From the NCBI RefSeq assembly GCF_036971445.1, contig NC_091480.1, positions 28,830,001 through 28,894,000 of the forward strand: DNA of 64,000 bases. The letters are read 5' to 3'. This document shows positions 1 through 13,513 of the stretch, one piece after another (within the stretch, counting starts at the first letter, position 1; every line of letters starts with the position of its first letter). The DNA comes from Narcine bancroftii. Taxonomy: Eukaryota. The position numbers and the translations under genes were made by a program. The notes under the pieces were generated by a model. That model ran no database searches, had not been told where the DNA came from, and was given only the letters and a program-made list of their open reading frames with translations.

Positions 1-796
1 ACACCTACTTATAGAAGGCCAGAATTTTCTGATTAATGTGATAATTTATGAGTGGATTGTCCAGGTGGTACAGTCAGTTCAAACGCCATACTTTGTATTC
101 AGTTCCTGGGCTGGAATCAATCCTGAGCACATTCATTGATTTCTCAATGCCCTCCCACCCTGTCAATCACATGCAGGCATATACAGCTCTGGTCTTAACA
201 GGACTGCTGAACATCGGTTCTGATGGAGAAAAGTGCCAAGATTCTGCATACCTTCCCCAACCTGAATCCTATTCTTAACATGCTACAGACTGGAGGCATG
301 CTTACAAAGGTTTTTAATGTGAAGAAATGTGAGTTCAAATTCCTAATGTGGAAAATCTCAAAACTAGCCCCAAAATTGGTATTTTAGTAAACCAAAAAAA
401 GTACAAACTATGATAGAAATTTCACAGTTCATAGCACCTTCTGGTGATTTGTTAAAACTTGTATTTTTTTGCCTCTACCACTGCTCACTTGCATTATTGG
501 AAAGTTTGTTAGAAGATTTTTTTAAAAATATGGCTGAAGTATGGTAAAAGCTCCATTAATTCTACTCTGTAGCTTTTCGATTCTTCATAGTCCAGTCCTT
601 CCTGATACCAAATCTTTACAATCTCTGGCTTAGATAGCAATGGCAATTATAACAGCTCTGAGTTCAAGGAAGGACAAATAAAGGCAAATTTAGTTTTAGA
701 ATTGCTCACTTCCTCCAAGGAAAAAAAATGTCCATTCCATTAGGGCATCAGGTGACCTTGGGTTTTCCCAGTGCATTTTTTCCATCAGCAAGATCA

Positions 797-865
797 CTAC
801 TGACCACTAAGAAATGCCAAATGTCCTTTGGTACATCGGTTGGCATAATGCCCTTTTTCACCACA
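797..865 (-). CDS. CPSF4: CPSF4 last coding exon
   Basis: [22 protein letters not shown] then TAG (followed by TGA); acceptor ttttccag. Confidence 0.97.
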   Translation of the reverse strand, partial: CGEKGHYANRCTKGHLAFLSGQ

Positions 866-3800
866 CTGGAAAACAAAAATAATTTATTTCAAGGCATTAT
901 TCTACATATCACAGGGTAAATTATGTATTGAATCACAGAAGGAGAAAGGAGATTTGTACTGTGACAGATTCTCAGCATACCAGAATGAAAATATTTAAGC
1001 TCTTTTTCTGGAAAGTATTGAAGCAAAAACACAAGGATAATCTTAAATATTTTTTATTAATTGAAGAATTTAATCAGCTCTTTTATCCTTGAGAAGTTTA
1101 TAGGGAATGTACCAAAGTACCAAACCATCTGAATGTATATTATGTAGAAGAGTAGAGAGTTATAATATTTCAGGTAATGTGAAATAAAAATTCATCACAT
1201 CTTTCCAAATCATATAAAGTCAACATATTCCAACAAATGAGCAATTTTACCCCTCCCATGTCAACAATTTAAAGAATCCATAAAATCATTATTCCAGTAT
1301 GAAAGAAACACGAAGTTCCTTAATGGCTAGCATAAAGTAGATAAAGTAGGCAAGCCATTCAAAAGTGAACAATTACCAATGTATTTTTGGAATAAATCGT
1401 CATCTCTTGCACAACTAAAAATATCACCCTTAACAATAATCTTATGAAGGTAACTTAGCATTTTCACTCTGACACAACCACCACAGGTCTGCATGAAAGT
1501 GGTGTTAAGCCTAAAAAAAAGCACACATACCACTTCTAACTCAGATATGAGTAAAGTCAAAAGTATTTGCCTCATTTTCATTTGTGAATCATTTTCAAAG
1601 ACACTGAATCACTCACCTTATAACATGTGACTTGTTCCAAAGGCCTGGGACCTCGATTTGATGATGTCTGAAACTGGGATTGTTGCAGTAATCCTCCTGA
1701 CTGTGTAACTGATTTCTGCTGTCCGCCACCAATATTTGTGCCAGTTATCTGAACCAAGGAGGAAGATCGCTGCTGAAATTGATTAACATTCTGCTGTGAA
1801 AAGAAGGAGACATCTCAGACTGACAGAACTCTTCAAGAACTGTGTACTGTAGCATCCCAATTGCTTTTTAAACTTGCGAAACAAAGTAAACACAAACTAC
1901 CACCAAATTCATTACTGAAGGGCTCGCCTGAATTGCAGCCTGAACTAATGAACTTCTCAGCATTCAATGTGACTATTAATGAAGAGACACCAACATCTCA
2001 CTTGATAATACTTGTACATCATTAAAAATTTAGTATAGACATTCCTCCCTCACCACCCCAAAAATGGGCAACTGTTGCTAAAATATGGTACTGTAGGCAC
2101 TAGTATTTCTGTGCCATGGGTAGGTAACTCATAGCCCTGCTTCACACATCAGTAATGATTCTGGTGTCAAGAGTCAAAAAGTACATGAACCTCATGTAAA
2201 AGTCCTACTGTTCCTTACCTGATTACAATATTTACATATTGATTCTATTTTATATTACTAGGGAGCAATAACAAATCTTTCTAGCTTAGGTTATTCATGG
2301 CCCAATTAAAACACTTAACTGCATAAAGATCAGAGGTCCTTACTGGAAGAATGTTTCGAACTATGGTACAGAATGCCAAATTCGGTTCCTACAGGATGCT
2401 ATTATAACCTGATTGACCCAGGAGACTACTTTGGGAAAAGAAAGGCACTTGGAAAGGGAAATTAAATGATAGTCACTTTGACTGAGTCCAGGACAGACAT
2501 TATTCAGAAAGGAGATATGTTGTAGAATAAAGTAAACCAAAAAAAAATTTTGGAGAAATCGTATGGTATTTCACCTTCTGTAGTACCTGCTGTTGTTGCT
2601 GCAAGGGCGGTTGGTCAACACCAGTACCCATTGGTAGTTCAAATCGAGGGCTAATGGATGAATAAATCAATGAGTGTAATTGTTAGAACAAACCTTAAAA
2701 ATAACATTTAGAATACACAACTAAAAAAAGACGGAGAAATAGGGTGCAAATCAACAAATCAGGCAATGGCTCCACATGATCAACATCTTGATGCCATTAA
2801 TAGACTTCTACAGACTTCCAACCATAGACAAGAGGAAAACCACAATTCCTTAATTGAGGAAAGTGGAGTGTGTCCTCTTCCCACAACACAACCATAAAGA
2901 AATTTGCTCCTCAGACACCAACCACTCTCCAAAGAAATTGGTCTCAAACCATTACATTCACTCACCTCAATGTAAATATCAACTCTTCACCATGCTTCAT
3001 TCATTGCTTACCCCCTTTTCCATCCAACCTGTTCCCCAATTTTTCCCTCACTGCTCCACAATATCCACTCCCCCCCCCTTCTTGTCCAATACATTTACCC
3101 TCCTATCCCATTGTTTGGACTGAAGGCTCTGTGGCTGCAGAGCCTGTGGGACCACTGAAGACAAAGCTAGGGACATTCAGTGACTCAGGGTGGGGGGGGG
3201 GCGGGAAATAACTCTCATTTGCTTCCTCCCTTGCATCTTTTTCTCTAGCTGTAAGGGGCGCTGGGCAATTTTTGCTGATTGCCAAGCTTTTTCTGCCTTA
3301 TGGTGGCTGCCAAAGGAAATTTTGTGTAAAATTAACATTTTTTTTAATTACATGACAATAAGATAATCTTGATATCAGATGATAATTTCTGAAACAGAGA
3401 AAGCGAGTTATCTCATGCAGTCTAGAAAGCTGCAACTTCCATAGATGGATGAAGTACTTTTCCTCAAGTTTAAATGTTTTTTTTAAACTATGCATAAGGT
3501 CACAGTGATAGGCAAGAGTGAAAATGGAATGGTTTCTCAATATAGAGATGACATTTTGAATTCCAAATACATTGGAAGAAATGCATACGATTTGGTGCTT
3601 CAAGAAGAAAAACTGTTTGCATCCCTGGATGCTGGGAAGAGGCAAAAGGGCAGGTGTGACCCCTGTAACTACCCCACTTTGTTATAGAGTATAGAGCACT
3701 TTTCCATGCAACTGCAGATGCTAGTGCTGTCATTTGGAGAAACTAAATTCAAAATCGATGACTGCTTTGGAAAACTCTTGGATTGTTTGCAAGGCATCTC

Positions 3801-6800
3801 ATACTCTCTGTTTCTTGAAATTTTAATTCTCCAACAAGCTCCCATTCTGATATGCCCATCTCAGGCCTCCTACACTGTTCTATCGAGACCGAACACTTGA
3901 ACAGTATTTCCTTTACAGCTGGGAATTAATTGTCTCTGCATCAGAACTGGCCATTTCTTCTCCATCTGAGATGTTGGGGGTCATACTCTCCAATGGCACT
4001 GCCTTACCTGCTTTTGAAGCCTTTTACATTCTTTATTTGCCTTCTCAATCTCCAAGCTGCTGTCATCTAAAAGGTGACGTTCATTTTCTAACTGCCCCTT
4101 TCTGCCATATGATCTCCACAACTTATCCCACAACCATGGTCCCATTTAGAGATACTCCCCTTGACCTATTCTCCCCATTAAAAAAAAATGACTCTCCCCC
4201 CTTCTCTTTCCCAGTTCTGTTGAGAGGAAATGTTAACTTGATTTTTCTTTCCACAGATGCTGTCTGTTTTGCAGATTCCCAGGGTCCATGGGTTTTTTTA
4301 AAAATACATTTGTATTCACTGACAGGATACGCTTAAACGGCCTGCTCTATTATACTCCTGAATTGCTGCAGGAATATATACTTACTGCATGAATTTACAG
4401 TAGGGGCCTTCAGGACAGAACCCTACCAGATAATTTACACAGATGACTCGCCGTGTATGCCGGTGCCTGCACAGAGGACCTGTGACAAGACAGAATTTAG
4501 ATCAACAATTTAAAGTTATAATTCAGCAATATCTCTGGTACATGCAGTACAACAAGACTCTGCTAACGTCATGTCACAAATAGTAGTCAGTTAAATCCTA
4601 TCCGGAAAAGACTGCACTTTCTTAAAATTTTTTTATTTATTTTATTTTAAAAATATTTTAAAAGGCCATTCAAATTAATAAAGACTATTAACTGATTCCA
4701 ATTTGGATGGTTGTGCAAGTTAAACATCTGTCCACCCAATACTGATGTTTCAGTTTAAAAAAAATCCTGAATCTTAAGCCATAGAACCATGCCTCACCTG
4801 CAGAGTTATAAACACTCAGGCAGGATGGTAATTGTGCCATCACAATTATTCATCTCTTCCCATCATAATACTTTTGGTTAGGATTTTGGCATCTAATTAC
4901 CATGCAATGTATGGCTGGATACATTGACGTCTATAACAATTTAAGACAAGGTTAGCTTCACAATCATGGTTAAACACCTCAAAATGCTCACTAGGCTCAC
5001 ACAAAGAATGATCATTTGGGAATCCACTGGAATGGGTGGCACCCAGGGAGAGAAATGTTTTCCCTTTCTTAAGGTGCTCTAGATGTTTTGTTCCATATCT
5101 CAGCCCAAGTTCTCTCCATGCCGCACAACAGCCCCCATTGAGAGTAAAGCAAAGTGAAATGTTCTCAGATCTCCAACATTGCCAAAAGGGCGTACCTGAC
5201 AGAATTTATTGAGCTAATTCAATTCACTTTTATTTTCCTACGACATTTGATACTTACCATGTTTGCAAAATCCTCGGTCATACCAGGGACAGTCTTTGAT
5301 TTTGGATTCGGGATCAATATGCAGAAACGGACATTCTTTGTTACTACACTCACCTGCAAAAGCAAAAAAATGACAAACTAAAAGAGACTTTCAGAAGTGT
5401 ACAGATGGCTTAACGTCAGGGTTAGAAACAGGGAGACTACAACTACAATTCAGAGGGTCAGAGACCAACGATGGATGGAGAGAAGTGATCGCCCACGTCA
5501 AGAAGCAAGGCAACTGAAGTGAGAGATTGTTTCAATTCTCCCTTTATTGATATCATCCCATAACCTACTTCCTCGAACGGATTCAAAAACCTATCTATTT
5601 CTTTTTTGAATGGTTAAACTCCACGGATTACTCTGATGGCTCTCTATTAACTCTCATGCAAAGAAATCTGCTCTGTATCCATAATCAGAGGTAACCTTCT
5701 GGAAGAATGCTGAAGGAATCAAACACAAGGTCAATGCAAGCACATATCCAAAACCCCAACTCAGCTCAGGCAAGGGCATCTGTGCCACAAGAATATGGGA
5801 TCATCTTTTGGAACAATGGATGTTTCAGAAACCAGAGTGGAGTGGCAGAAGCTCCAACAAACTCAGGACTTACCCATCATGTATTTCCAGCTCTCAGTAA
5901 AATGCCCAGAGCAAAAAGATTGTAGTGGAAGTAATTCTTAAATATTTATAAATATTTCCAGATGATTGAAAGTAACATTGTTACAGCTCTTCTACACCTA
6001 AGAATTGTGAATCACTGCAATTTTAATTATATGTCAGAAAGATATTATAACACAACTTGTAATGCTCATCCTCTTCCCACCTCCTGCTAGTTTGGAAACT
6101 GCAAACAGAAAAAAACTCAGCTCACCAAACTTGGAATAGAAATAGCACTCAGGCATCTTTGTCATGTCATACTCGTGTAAAAATTCACACTGATCTCCTT
6201 TCTTGCAAAGCCCCCGCAGCCAGTGTTTGCATACTACTGTCTTCTCACCACTGATGTGGCGAAATGGGCACATTCCACCTGCACAAAAAAAAGAAAACCA
6301 AGTTTAATCACCAGAACAATTTCTGGTCATGAGTTGCTGCTTGATGGCTGTGAGGTAGGGTTGAGAGGGAAGAGGACTGCAAACAGCACATCACATAGGG
6401 AATGCAAAGGTAGTGACTCGGAAATCTTGAAGAAAGGTATCATGTATAGTTTAATATATAGTATCCGGAATTCAAGAAACCTGTGAAAAAGGAAAATCAA
6501 TTAAAAAATTTAAAATAATAGGGAAAAATACACGTTTAAAATTGTAATGTTCTCTGAAGTAAAAACAAAGCTGTGGGGAAGATGGGAGCAAATATTCAGC
6601 CTGTAGAATGCCTTGGTTGTGCTTTTTGAGCTGTTTGAATAAAGTTATGTGAAAAGCAGTGGCATTACCCAGGATCAGGAGCTGGTTGATGCAGAAGAAA
6701 GATGAGATGACTCTTATAAGTGTCTCCTTACTCTTGATTGGTAAAAGTTGCACCGGATCGGAGGCTTTTTTTCTGTAAACGTGGGGTGGGGGTTAATTAC

Positions 6801-9800
6801 CTATAATGTTATTGTTCGTCTTTTGGGCGGCACCATGGAGGGGAAGGAACCTGCAGATGCAGTGACAGTTAAGTATTTTCAAAGAATGTGACTGAAAATA
6901 AAGTAAAATGCTTTAAAGTTTATATATCCATGCAAGTGAAGTTTGTTCAGTGCAAGTACAAGCATTTTGTCTTTTAAACTGTTTATTTTTAATGCAGGTA
7001 TTAGGCATTGTAAGAGTAGGTCAAGCAACCGGAAAATACACTTACCCGGCATCTACCAGATATTTACTGTACTTTCCTCTGAAGGCTATGCACCATGCCA
7101 CAGGCAGAGTGAGAGCTCCAAACTAAAAGTTTACTGGGATAGGAACAAGGTCCTTTATCCTAAAAAAAATTATTTTCCCTTCCCACAGATTTTGTCTGAT
7201 CTGCTGAATCTTTCCAGCATTTTCTGTTTTTATTTCAGATATTCAGCACCTTGGGTTTTCTTGACCCAGCCCAGGTTGCTGATCGTGCGCTTGCTCGTTT
7301 CCCCACCATAATGCCCATCATCGTCAGCAAAGGACACCATTATCATGAAGAGAACGAGTTTCTAGCTTCCATTAGTCTTCTCGTCTTATCCCTCAAACAA
7401 GAACCAGTTACACACCATCAACACCAAGTCAGGGGCTGATACGGATGGGTGCAAACATTGCCGAAGCTTTCTTCTCCAGGAAGATAGCTTAATTCAGACC
7501 TCTCTCTGCCATGTCGGAGCAAAACAGACACAAATGGGCGGAGAGGGAGGACCAAGGGGAGTTCAGCTGGAAACCAATTCTGCTTCCTCCAAAGATAGTT
7601 TGTGGTAAATTATATTTAGATACAAGTTCAATGAATGAATCGGAGTAATTTGAGAAAGTGTTCGATAGTTGCTTAAATAGAGAAAGTGATCGATAGTTGC
7701 TTAAATAGAACACTTACCTTTCCCACATGTTGCCCTCAGAAAGAATTCGCATACTGCTGCACCAGACTCTGAGAAAGAACAGGACATAGTTTAAAAGCAT
7801 GCTCAATGGCTTTCAAAATCCTTGTGGCACTGATGGAGATATTATACCTTCTTAAACAATTGTCTAAAATGTGTTTACATTCCATGAGTTTAAAAAGAAT
7901 GGTTTTGGACAATCTGCTTTCGAGGAATCATTAGCACAAAATGCACAAGCTATTCAAATCGACAATTGCCACCAAAATTAATTTGGAGGCCAAGCGGTGA
8001 ACGAACATGGCAAGTCAGAGAATTATTAAGCCAACAAGAAGTTGAAGTGGATAAATTAGAACACCTTTTTTCTTAAAATAATCAGCATTATATGAACACA
8101 GAGCTTCTTAGGTGGCCCAAGATCAGACTTCAATATACAGGAGACAGACTTGACAGCAGGGGTACACAGTTCAATGAAAATGGCGGAAGAGGTACCTTTC
8201 CCACATTGATCAGGGCATTGAGTATAGGAGCAGGGACATTGTGTCCTATCTGCAAGATGTTGGTGAAACCCCACAGTATTGTGTGCAATTCTGGTCATTC
8301 AGTTATAGGAAATATTATCATTAAAATAGTAAGGAGTTGTCTACAAGAATGAACAAGAAATGGCCAACCTTTAAAGAACTTCTCATGACAATATTCCTTT
8401 AAGGCACAAAAATCCAACTAGTGTTCCAGCATGGGTATAGAGATTGTAATGGAAAAGACATGAAAGTCATTAAAAAGTAGCCCCAGAGATGACAGATTTT
8501 TCAGAATCCAGAAAACGATCTTTAAAAATAAGTAATCAATAAAATTAAAATAAGAATGTAATCTTGGAGGAAACAAAAGACTGCAAAAGTATCTACAAAT
8601 TGTAAACAAGGAAAACATTAGCTAAATACTGAGACAACAGAATTAGATGTAGAAAATACAAAAAAATTAAAAATACTTTGTCAATTTTAACTGAAAACAA
8701 CAGAATAATTCCCTGAAATAGTGGAGAGAAACAAGTCTGAAGAGGACGAGATGAAAGAAGGGAGAATTCATAAAATAAATGTAAATAGAGAGATAAGTGG
8801 AATTAAAAGTAGATAGCTCCCCACCTAAAGGCTTTGAAAGAGAAGCTGTAAAGATAGTGGACACGCTAAGTGGCTTTACAAAATACCAAATTCTGAAATG
8901 ATTTTATTATAAATTAGAAACAGCAAATGTTAACACCTATAAAGGAGAGAGAAACTGAATAATATTGAGTAAATGCCCTGACATTTCTTTTAAATAAAAA
9001 TCCTTGATTAAAAGTGTGGAAGCAGATTACTTTAGACAAAGAGATGCAAGTTAATTTACAAAGGAATAATCAACCATGACAAATCTAGACTTTGTAATCT
9101 CGCATAGCAAAAACGCAGAGGAAGAGGGAGTTGGCGCACAAGTCTGGTAGGGAGTTTGTGTGGAAGGACAGGCACATGGGACAAAATTGCAGCCATGGGG
9201 GTTAAGATTAAATGCAACAAGGACAGAGTCAAAAAAGTAACAAATACAGGACTAAAGGTTTTGAATTTAAATGCATGCAACACAAGAAATAAACTGGATT
9301 ACCCTATAGTAGAGCTACAGATAGGCAGGTATGATTTTATGGCCATCACAGAGTCGTGGCTAAAGAATGGATGTTATTAGGAGCTCTATTTCCAAGGATA
9401 CACAGTATATTGAAAGGATAGGCAGGTAAGCAGAGGGGATTATGTGACTTTAATCTAAGGAATAACATTAAATCATTAGAAAGGACATAGGATCAGAAGA
9501 TCTAGACCTCCAAACAATTGCAGGGATATGGACAAAAAAATTACAACAGCAAATAGAAAAGTTATGTCAGAAGGCCACTGTTATGGTAGTCATGGGGAAA
9601 TTTTAACTGGATCACTGGAGAGAATTTGTAGTATGCCTATGAGATGGCTTCTTAGAACACCCTGTGGTAAAGCCAATCAAGGAAATGGTAATTCTGGATT
9701 GGTATTGTGTAATGAACCAGAGTTGATAAAAGGAGCTGAAGTTAAGAGAACACTTAGTGATCATAATATGATAGAATTAGCCCTGCAATTTGAGAGGGAG

Positions 9801-12800
9801 AAATTAAAATCAGAGCTGTCAGTGTACCAGTGTAATAAAGTGGGCCACAGAGGTATAGGAGAGGAACTTAACTGGAAAGGCAAATTAGCAGGGAGGACAG
9901 CAAAGCAACAAAGGCTGGAATTTCTGCAAGAAATAATTACAAGACAGGTATATTCCAAAAAAGATAAAAAGGAAAAATTACAAATGTGGCTGACAAGAGA
10001 AGTCAAAGCCAAAAGAGCATACAATGAAGCAAATTAGTCGGAAGAGAGAGGAGTGGGAAGCTTTTTAAAAGCATACAGAAGTCAAGTATATTGTCACCTG
10101 ATTCTACAAGTACAACTCGACAAAACGGCATTTTCTAGTCCTCAGTGCACAACACTCAGACCTATAGCTAGACATAACTCACCTACAGACAAACATACGA
10201 AGGCTACTAGGAAGGAAAATATCAACTTTGAAAGAACATTCAAAATTGCAAAGGGACTTGGGAGTTCTTGCCCCAAAGTTTAACCTCTATGTTGAATCAG
10301 TGGTGAAGGTGAATGCAATATTGGCATCCATATCTAGAGGAATAGGATACAAGAGCAGGCATGTGATGTTGAGGCTTTCTAAGGCATTGGTGAGTCCTCA
10401 CTTCTTGTACAGGGTACAGATTTGAGCTCCTTATTTAAGAAGCAATGTACTGGCATTGTAGATGTGTCAAAGTTGTTTCCCATGGTAGGGGAGTCTAGGA
10501 GGGCACCCATTGAAAACAGAGATGCGGAGGAATTTCTCATCCAGAGAGTGGTTAACCTAATGAATTTGCTGCATAGATGGCTGTGGAGGCCAGATCACTA
10601 GGTGCATTTAAGGCAGAGATTGATAGGTATCTGAATAGTCAGGGTATCAAAAGTAATGGGGAGAATGCAAGGAATGGGGCTGAGTGGGAGGATGGATCAG
10701 CTCATGATAGAATGACGGTAAAGACACGAAAGGCCAAGTGATCTACTTTTGCTCCTATATCTTATGGTGTAAATGATAATGTTTATTGCCATATATATTG
10801 TACTATAATATTAACACTTAATTGAATTAAAAAGGGCCAGTAAACAAAAAGATAAATATTTAGTTATCCTCATGCAAAAAAAGTGACACCAATAGTGTAA
10901 ACAATCCCTTTTGCAGTGTCAGATCAGTCCCTGATTCGTGTTACAAAGGTTGCTAGATGTTGTAAACTGTTCTTGAACCTATAGGTACTGGTCTTCAGAA
11001 TTCAGTACCTCGATCCAAAGAGAGCGATGAGAAAAGGCTGTGACCAATGATGGAGGTCCTTCATATTGACTGCATTCTTCAGACAGCATCTCATGATTAT
11101 GCATTCAATGGATGGGAAGCCTCATGTACCTAGCTGTTCCTGGGCAGTTGATTTTGCAAACCAGGCTGTGATGCAACCAATATACTTTCCACAGTGTACC
11201 TGTAGAAGTTTGATCAAATATTTAACATGGCAAATCTCCTCAGACTCCTGAGAAAGTAGAGATTGATGTGTCTTCTTCATGGTAGCCTTGATGTGCTGGT
11301 TCCGAGAGAGGTCTTCTGAAATTATGGACTCACAGAAGGTTCTAAATCGCTCCACCTTCAAGCCCTTAATGCCTCTTTCCTAAAAACAATAAACTCCCTG
11401 GTCTTGATGCTGTTGAGGAAGATTGTTGCATCAACCAATCAGATTCTCAATCTCCATTCAGTAATCTGACTTATTTCCAGTTATTCAGTGAGCAACTGTA
11501 TCTGAATGTGGACTTTGAGAAGGCCATGCTTATGGTTCACACAGGAGGTTATTACACAATAAAAGTACATAAGATTGGGAATAATATATTGGCATGGACA
11601 GAAAAATCATAAGATAAACTGTTCATTTTCAAGTTCAGAGGCTGATTATTTGGGTGCAATAGGATCATTGCCAAACTTCTACAGACAGTGCCCTCCATAA
11701 TGTATGGGACAAAGACTTTATTTGCTCTCATGCACCACAGTTTTAAATTGTAATCAAACAATTCATGTGTGATTAAAGTGCACAATTCCAGATTTTATTC
11801 AAGGTTATTTGTACACATTTGGTTTGACCATCTAGAAATTACAGGACATTTTATTCATAGTTTCCCCCCCCCCACCATTTCAGGGCATCATAATAGTTAG
11901 GACATTTGGGTTCACAGGTGTTTGTGATTTCTCAGGTATGTTTAATTGCTTCATTAGTGCAGGCATAGGAGAGTTAGGCTTGCTTCTAAGCATTTGTTCA
12001 CCTTTGGAGTCTGTAGTTGCCATTTTTCAATAGGAGGACCAGAATTGTACCAATGAAAGTCAAAGAAGCCATTCTGAGGAAGAATAAAAGTAAGAGACAT
12101 TGTCCAAACCTTAGGATGACCAAAATCAACTGTTTGAAACATCGTTAAGAAGAAAGAGTGTACTGGTGAGCTCATTAATTGCAAAGGGACTGGTAGGCCA
12201 AGGAAGACCTCCGCTGCTAATTACAGAAGAATTCATTTCAATGGAAAAAAAAATCCCAAAACACCTGTCAGATCAGAAACACTTGTCAAGAGACAGGTGT
12301 GGACTACTGTCTGCAGAAGATTTCACAAATAGAAATATAGAGGCTACTCTGCAAGATGCAAACGACTAGTTAGCCACAGAAACAGGATAGCCAGATTAGT
12401 TGCCAAGAGGCTGCAGAATTCTGGATAAAAAGGTCTTGCAGACTGATGAGACCAAGATTAGCCTGTCATAGAATGACAGCAAGTGTTGAGGCATAAATGA
12501 AGTGCCCAAGATGCATCTGTGAAACATACTGGTAGGGGTGCTATGGACTGGATATGTATGGCTGCCACAGGGACTGGTGCACTTACCTTCACTGAGCATG
12601 CCTTCCACAAGCTAAAGAGAAAACTAAAGGAGACAAGCCCCCAAAATAAGCAGGAGCTGAAGTGCAGTGGAGGTCAAGCAGAACATCACCAGAGAGTATA
12701 TTCAATACCCAGTGAAGTCTACAAATCAGACTTTAAGCAGTCATCGTACACCACAAAGTACTAAACATGACTTCTTTAATATACATGCCATTGCTGTGTC

Positions 12801-13513
12801 CCAAACATTATGGTGTCCTGAAAATGAGGGGACTATATATAAAAGTGCTGTAATTTCTACATGGTCACACCAAAATGTATACAAATAACCTCAAAATCTG
12901 GAAGGTGCATTTTAATCTCACGTGAATTATTTGACAGCAAATTTAAAATTGCAGCACAGGGTCAAATAAAAGTGTCTGTCCCAAACATTATGCAGGGCAC
13001 TCTATCACAATCCACATCAATGATCTGGATGAAGGAACCAATATTCCTACTTGGCAATGAGATGCGAGTTGTAGTGTCTGTACAGCGAACAGACCAAGTG
13101 AATGGGCAAAGATAAGGCCAGGAGAATGTGGAAAAGTGCGGATCATCTACCTCGCCGGTGAGGGGGGGGGGGGGGGGGGAACCCCCACGAAGTCGCAATT
13201 TAGAGTTAAAGTCACACAGCATGGAAACAGGCCGTTCGGCCCACTATTACCCTGCGACATTTTTGCCAACCAGCGTTGGCTGAGGAGACCGTGGCAGGAG
13301 GTAGGGACGGTAGTCGCGACAGAGTGGATGGGGGGTCGGGGAGCGATGGGTCGGGGTTGGCACGGTCTCCAGGCCCGGCTCCATCCGCACGCCTGTGAGG
13401 GGCTACTCACTGTCCATGCCCGGGAAGGGCAACGGCTGCGCGCCCAGTTGCTGCTCCACCGCCATCTCCAGCTCGAATCTGATGTGCTCCACATTGGAAA
13501 TGAGCTCCTGCAT
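797..13513 (-). CDS. CPSF4: Cleavage and polyadenylation specificity factor subunit 4 (CPSF30), spliced, 272 aa; coding exons 13411-13513, 7718-7768, 6126-6278, 5258-5353, 4386-4479, 2575-2650, 1617-1793, 797-865
   Basis: Joined exons (819 nt) read [44 protein letters not shown]..., five CCCH zinc fingers and the C-terminal CCHC knuckle [27 protein letters not shown]; all introns GT-AG and phase-compatible. Confidence 0.98.
1617..1793 (-). CDS. CPSF4: CPSF4 coding exon 7
   Basis: [15 protein letters not shown]...[14 protein letters not shown], 177 nt; tandem CAGCAG acceptor makes the start ambiguous by 3 nt. Confidence 0.9.
2575..2650 (-). CDS. CPSF4: CPSF4 coding exon 6
   Basis: [25 protein letters not shown], 76 nt, tag/gtgaaa. 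Confidence 0.9.
4386..4479 (-). CDS. CPSF4: CPSF4 coding exon 5
   Basis: [30 protein letters not shown](H), 94 nt, cag/gtaag. Confidence 0.97.
5258..5353 (-). CDS. CPSF4: CPSF4 coding exon 4
   Basis: [31 protein letters not shown], 96 nt, cag/gtaagt. Confidence 0.97.
6126..6278 (-). CDS. CPSF4: CPSF4 coding exon 3
   Basis: [50 protein letters not shown], 153 nt, cag/gtgag. Confidence 0.97.
7718..7768 (-). CDS. CPSF4: CPSF4 coding exon 2
   Basis: (K)[16 protein letters not shown](G), 51 nt, ag/gtaagt. Confidence 0.96.
9060..10770 (+). mobile_element. Degenerate CR1-clade LINE (fragmented ORF2 and 3' end) in CPSF4 intron 1
   Basis: APE endonuclease remnants [21 protein letters not shown] and SDHNMIE, RT C-terminal remnant [20 protein letters not shown], 3' tail gctcctatatcttatgg. 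Confidence 0.8.
10880..11480 (-). mobile_element. Rex1/Babar-type LINE 3' fragment
   Basis: Minus-strand remnants KVERF..IISEDLS..HI and GCITAWF; homologous to the 26640-28440 and 62510-64000 copies. Confidence 0.7.
11686..13002 (+). mobile_element. Tc1/mariner transposon (IR/DR type), internally deleted and decayed
   Basis: Left end CAGTGCCCTCCATAATGTATGGGACA, right end TGTCCCAAACATTATGCAGGGCACT followed by TA; inverted repeats of about 200 bp with inner repeats near 11880 and 12800; transposase remnants ([18 protein letters not shown]). Confidence 0.88.
13411..13513 (-). CDS. CPSF4: CPSF4 coding exon 1
   Basis: ATG at 13513, [34 protein letters not shown], donor A|gtgagt; in a CpG-rich region. 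Confidence 0.97.

Noticed and set aside
7890-8352. Open frames in CPSF4 intron 1 with a CPIC motif
   Set aside because: No recognisable domain, no splice signals, length compatible with chance
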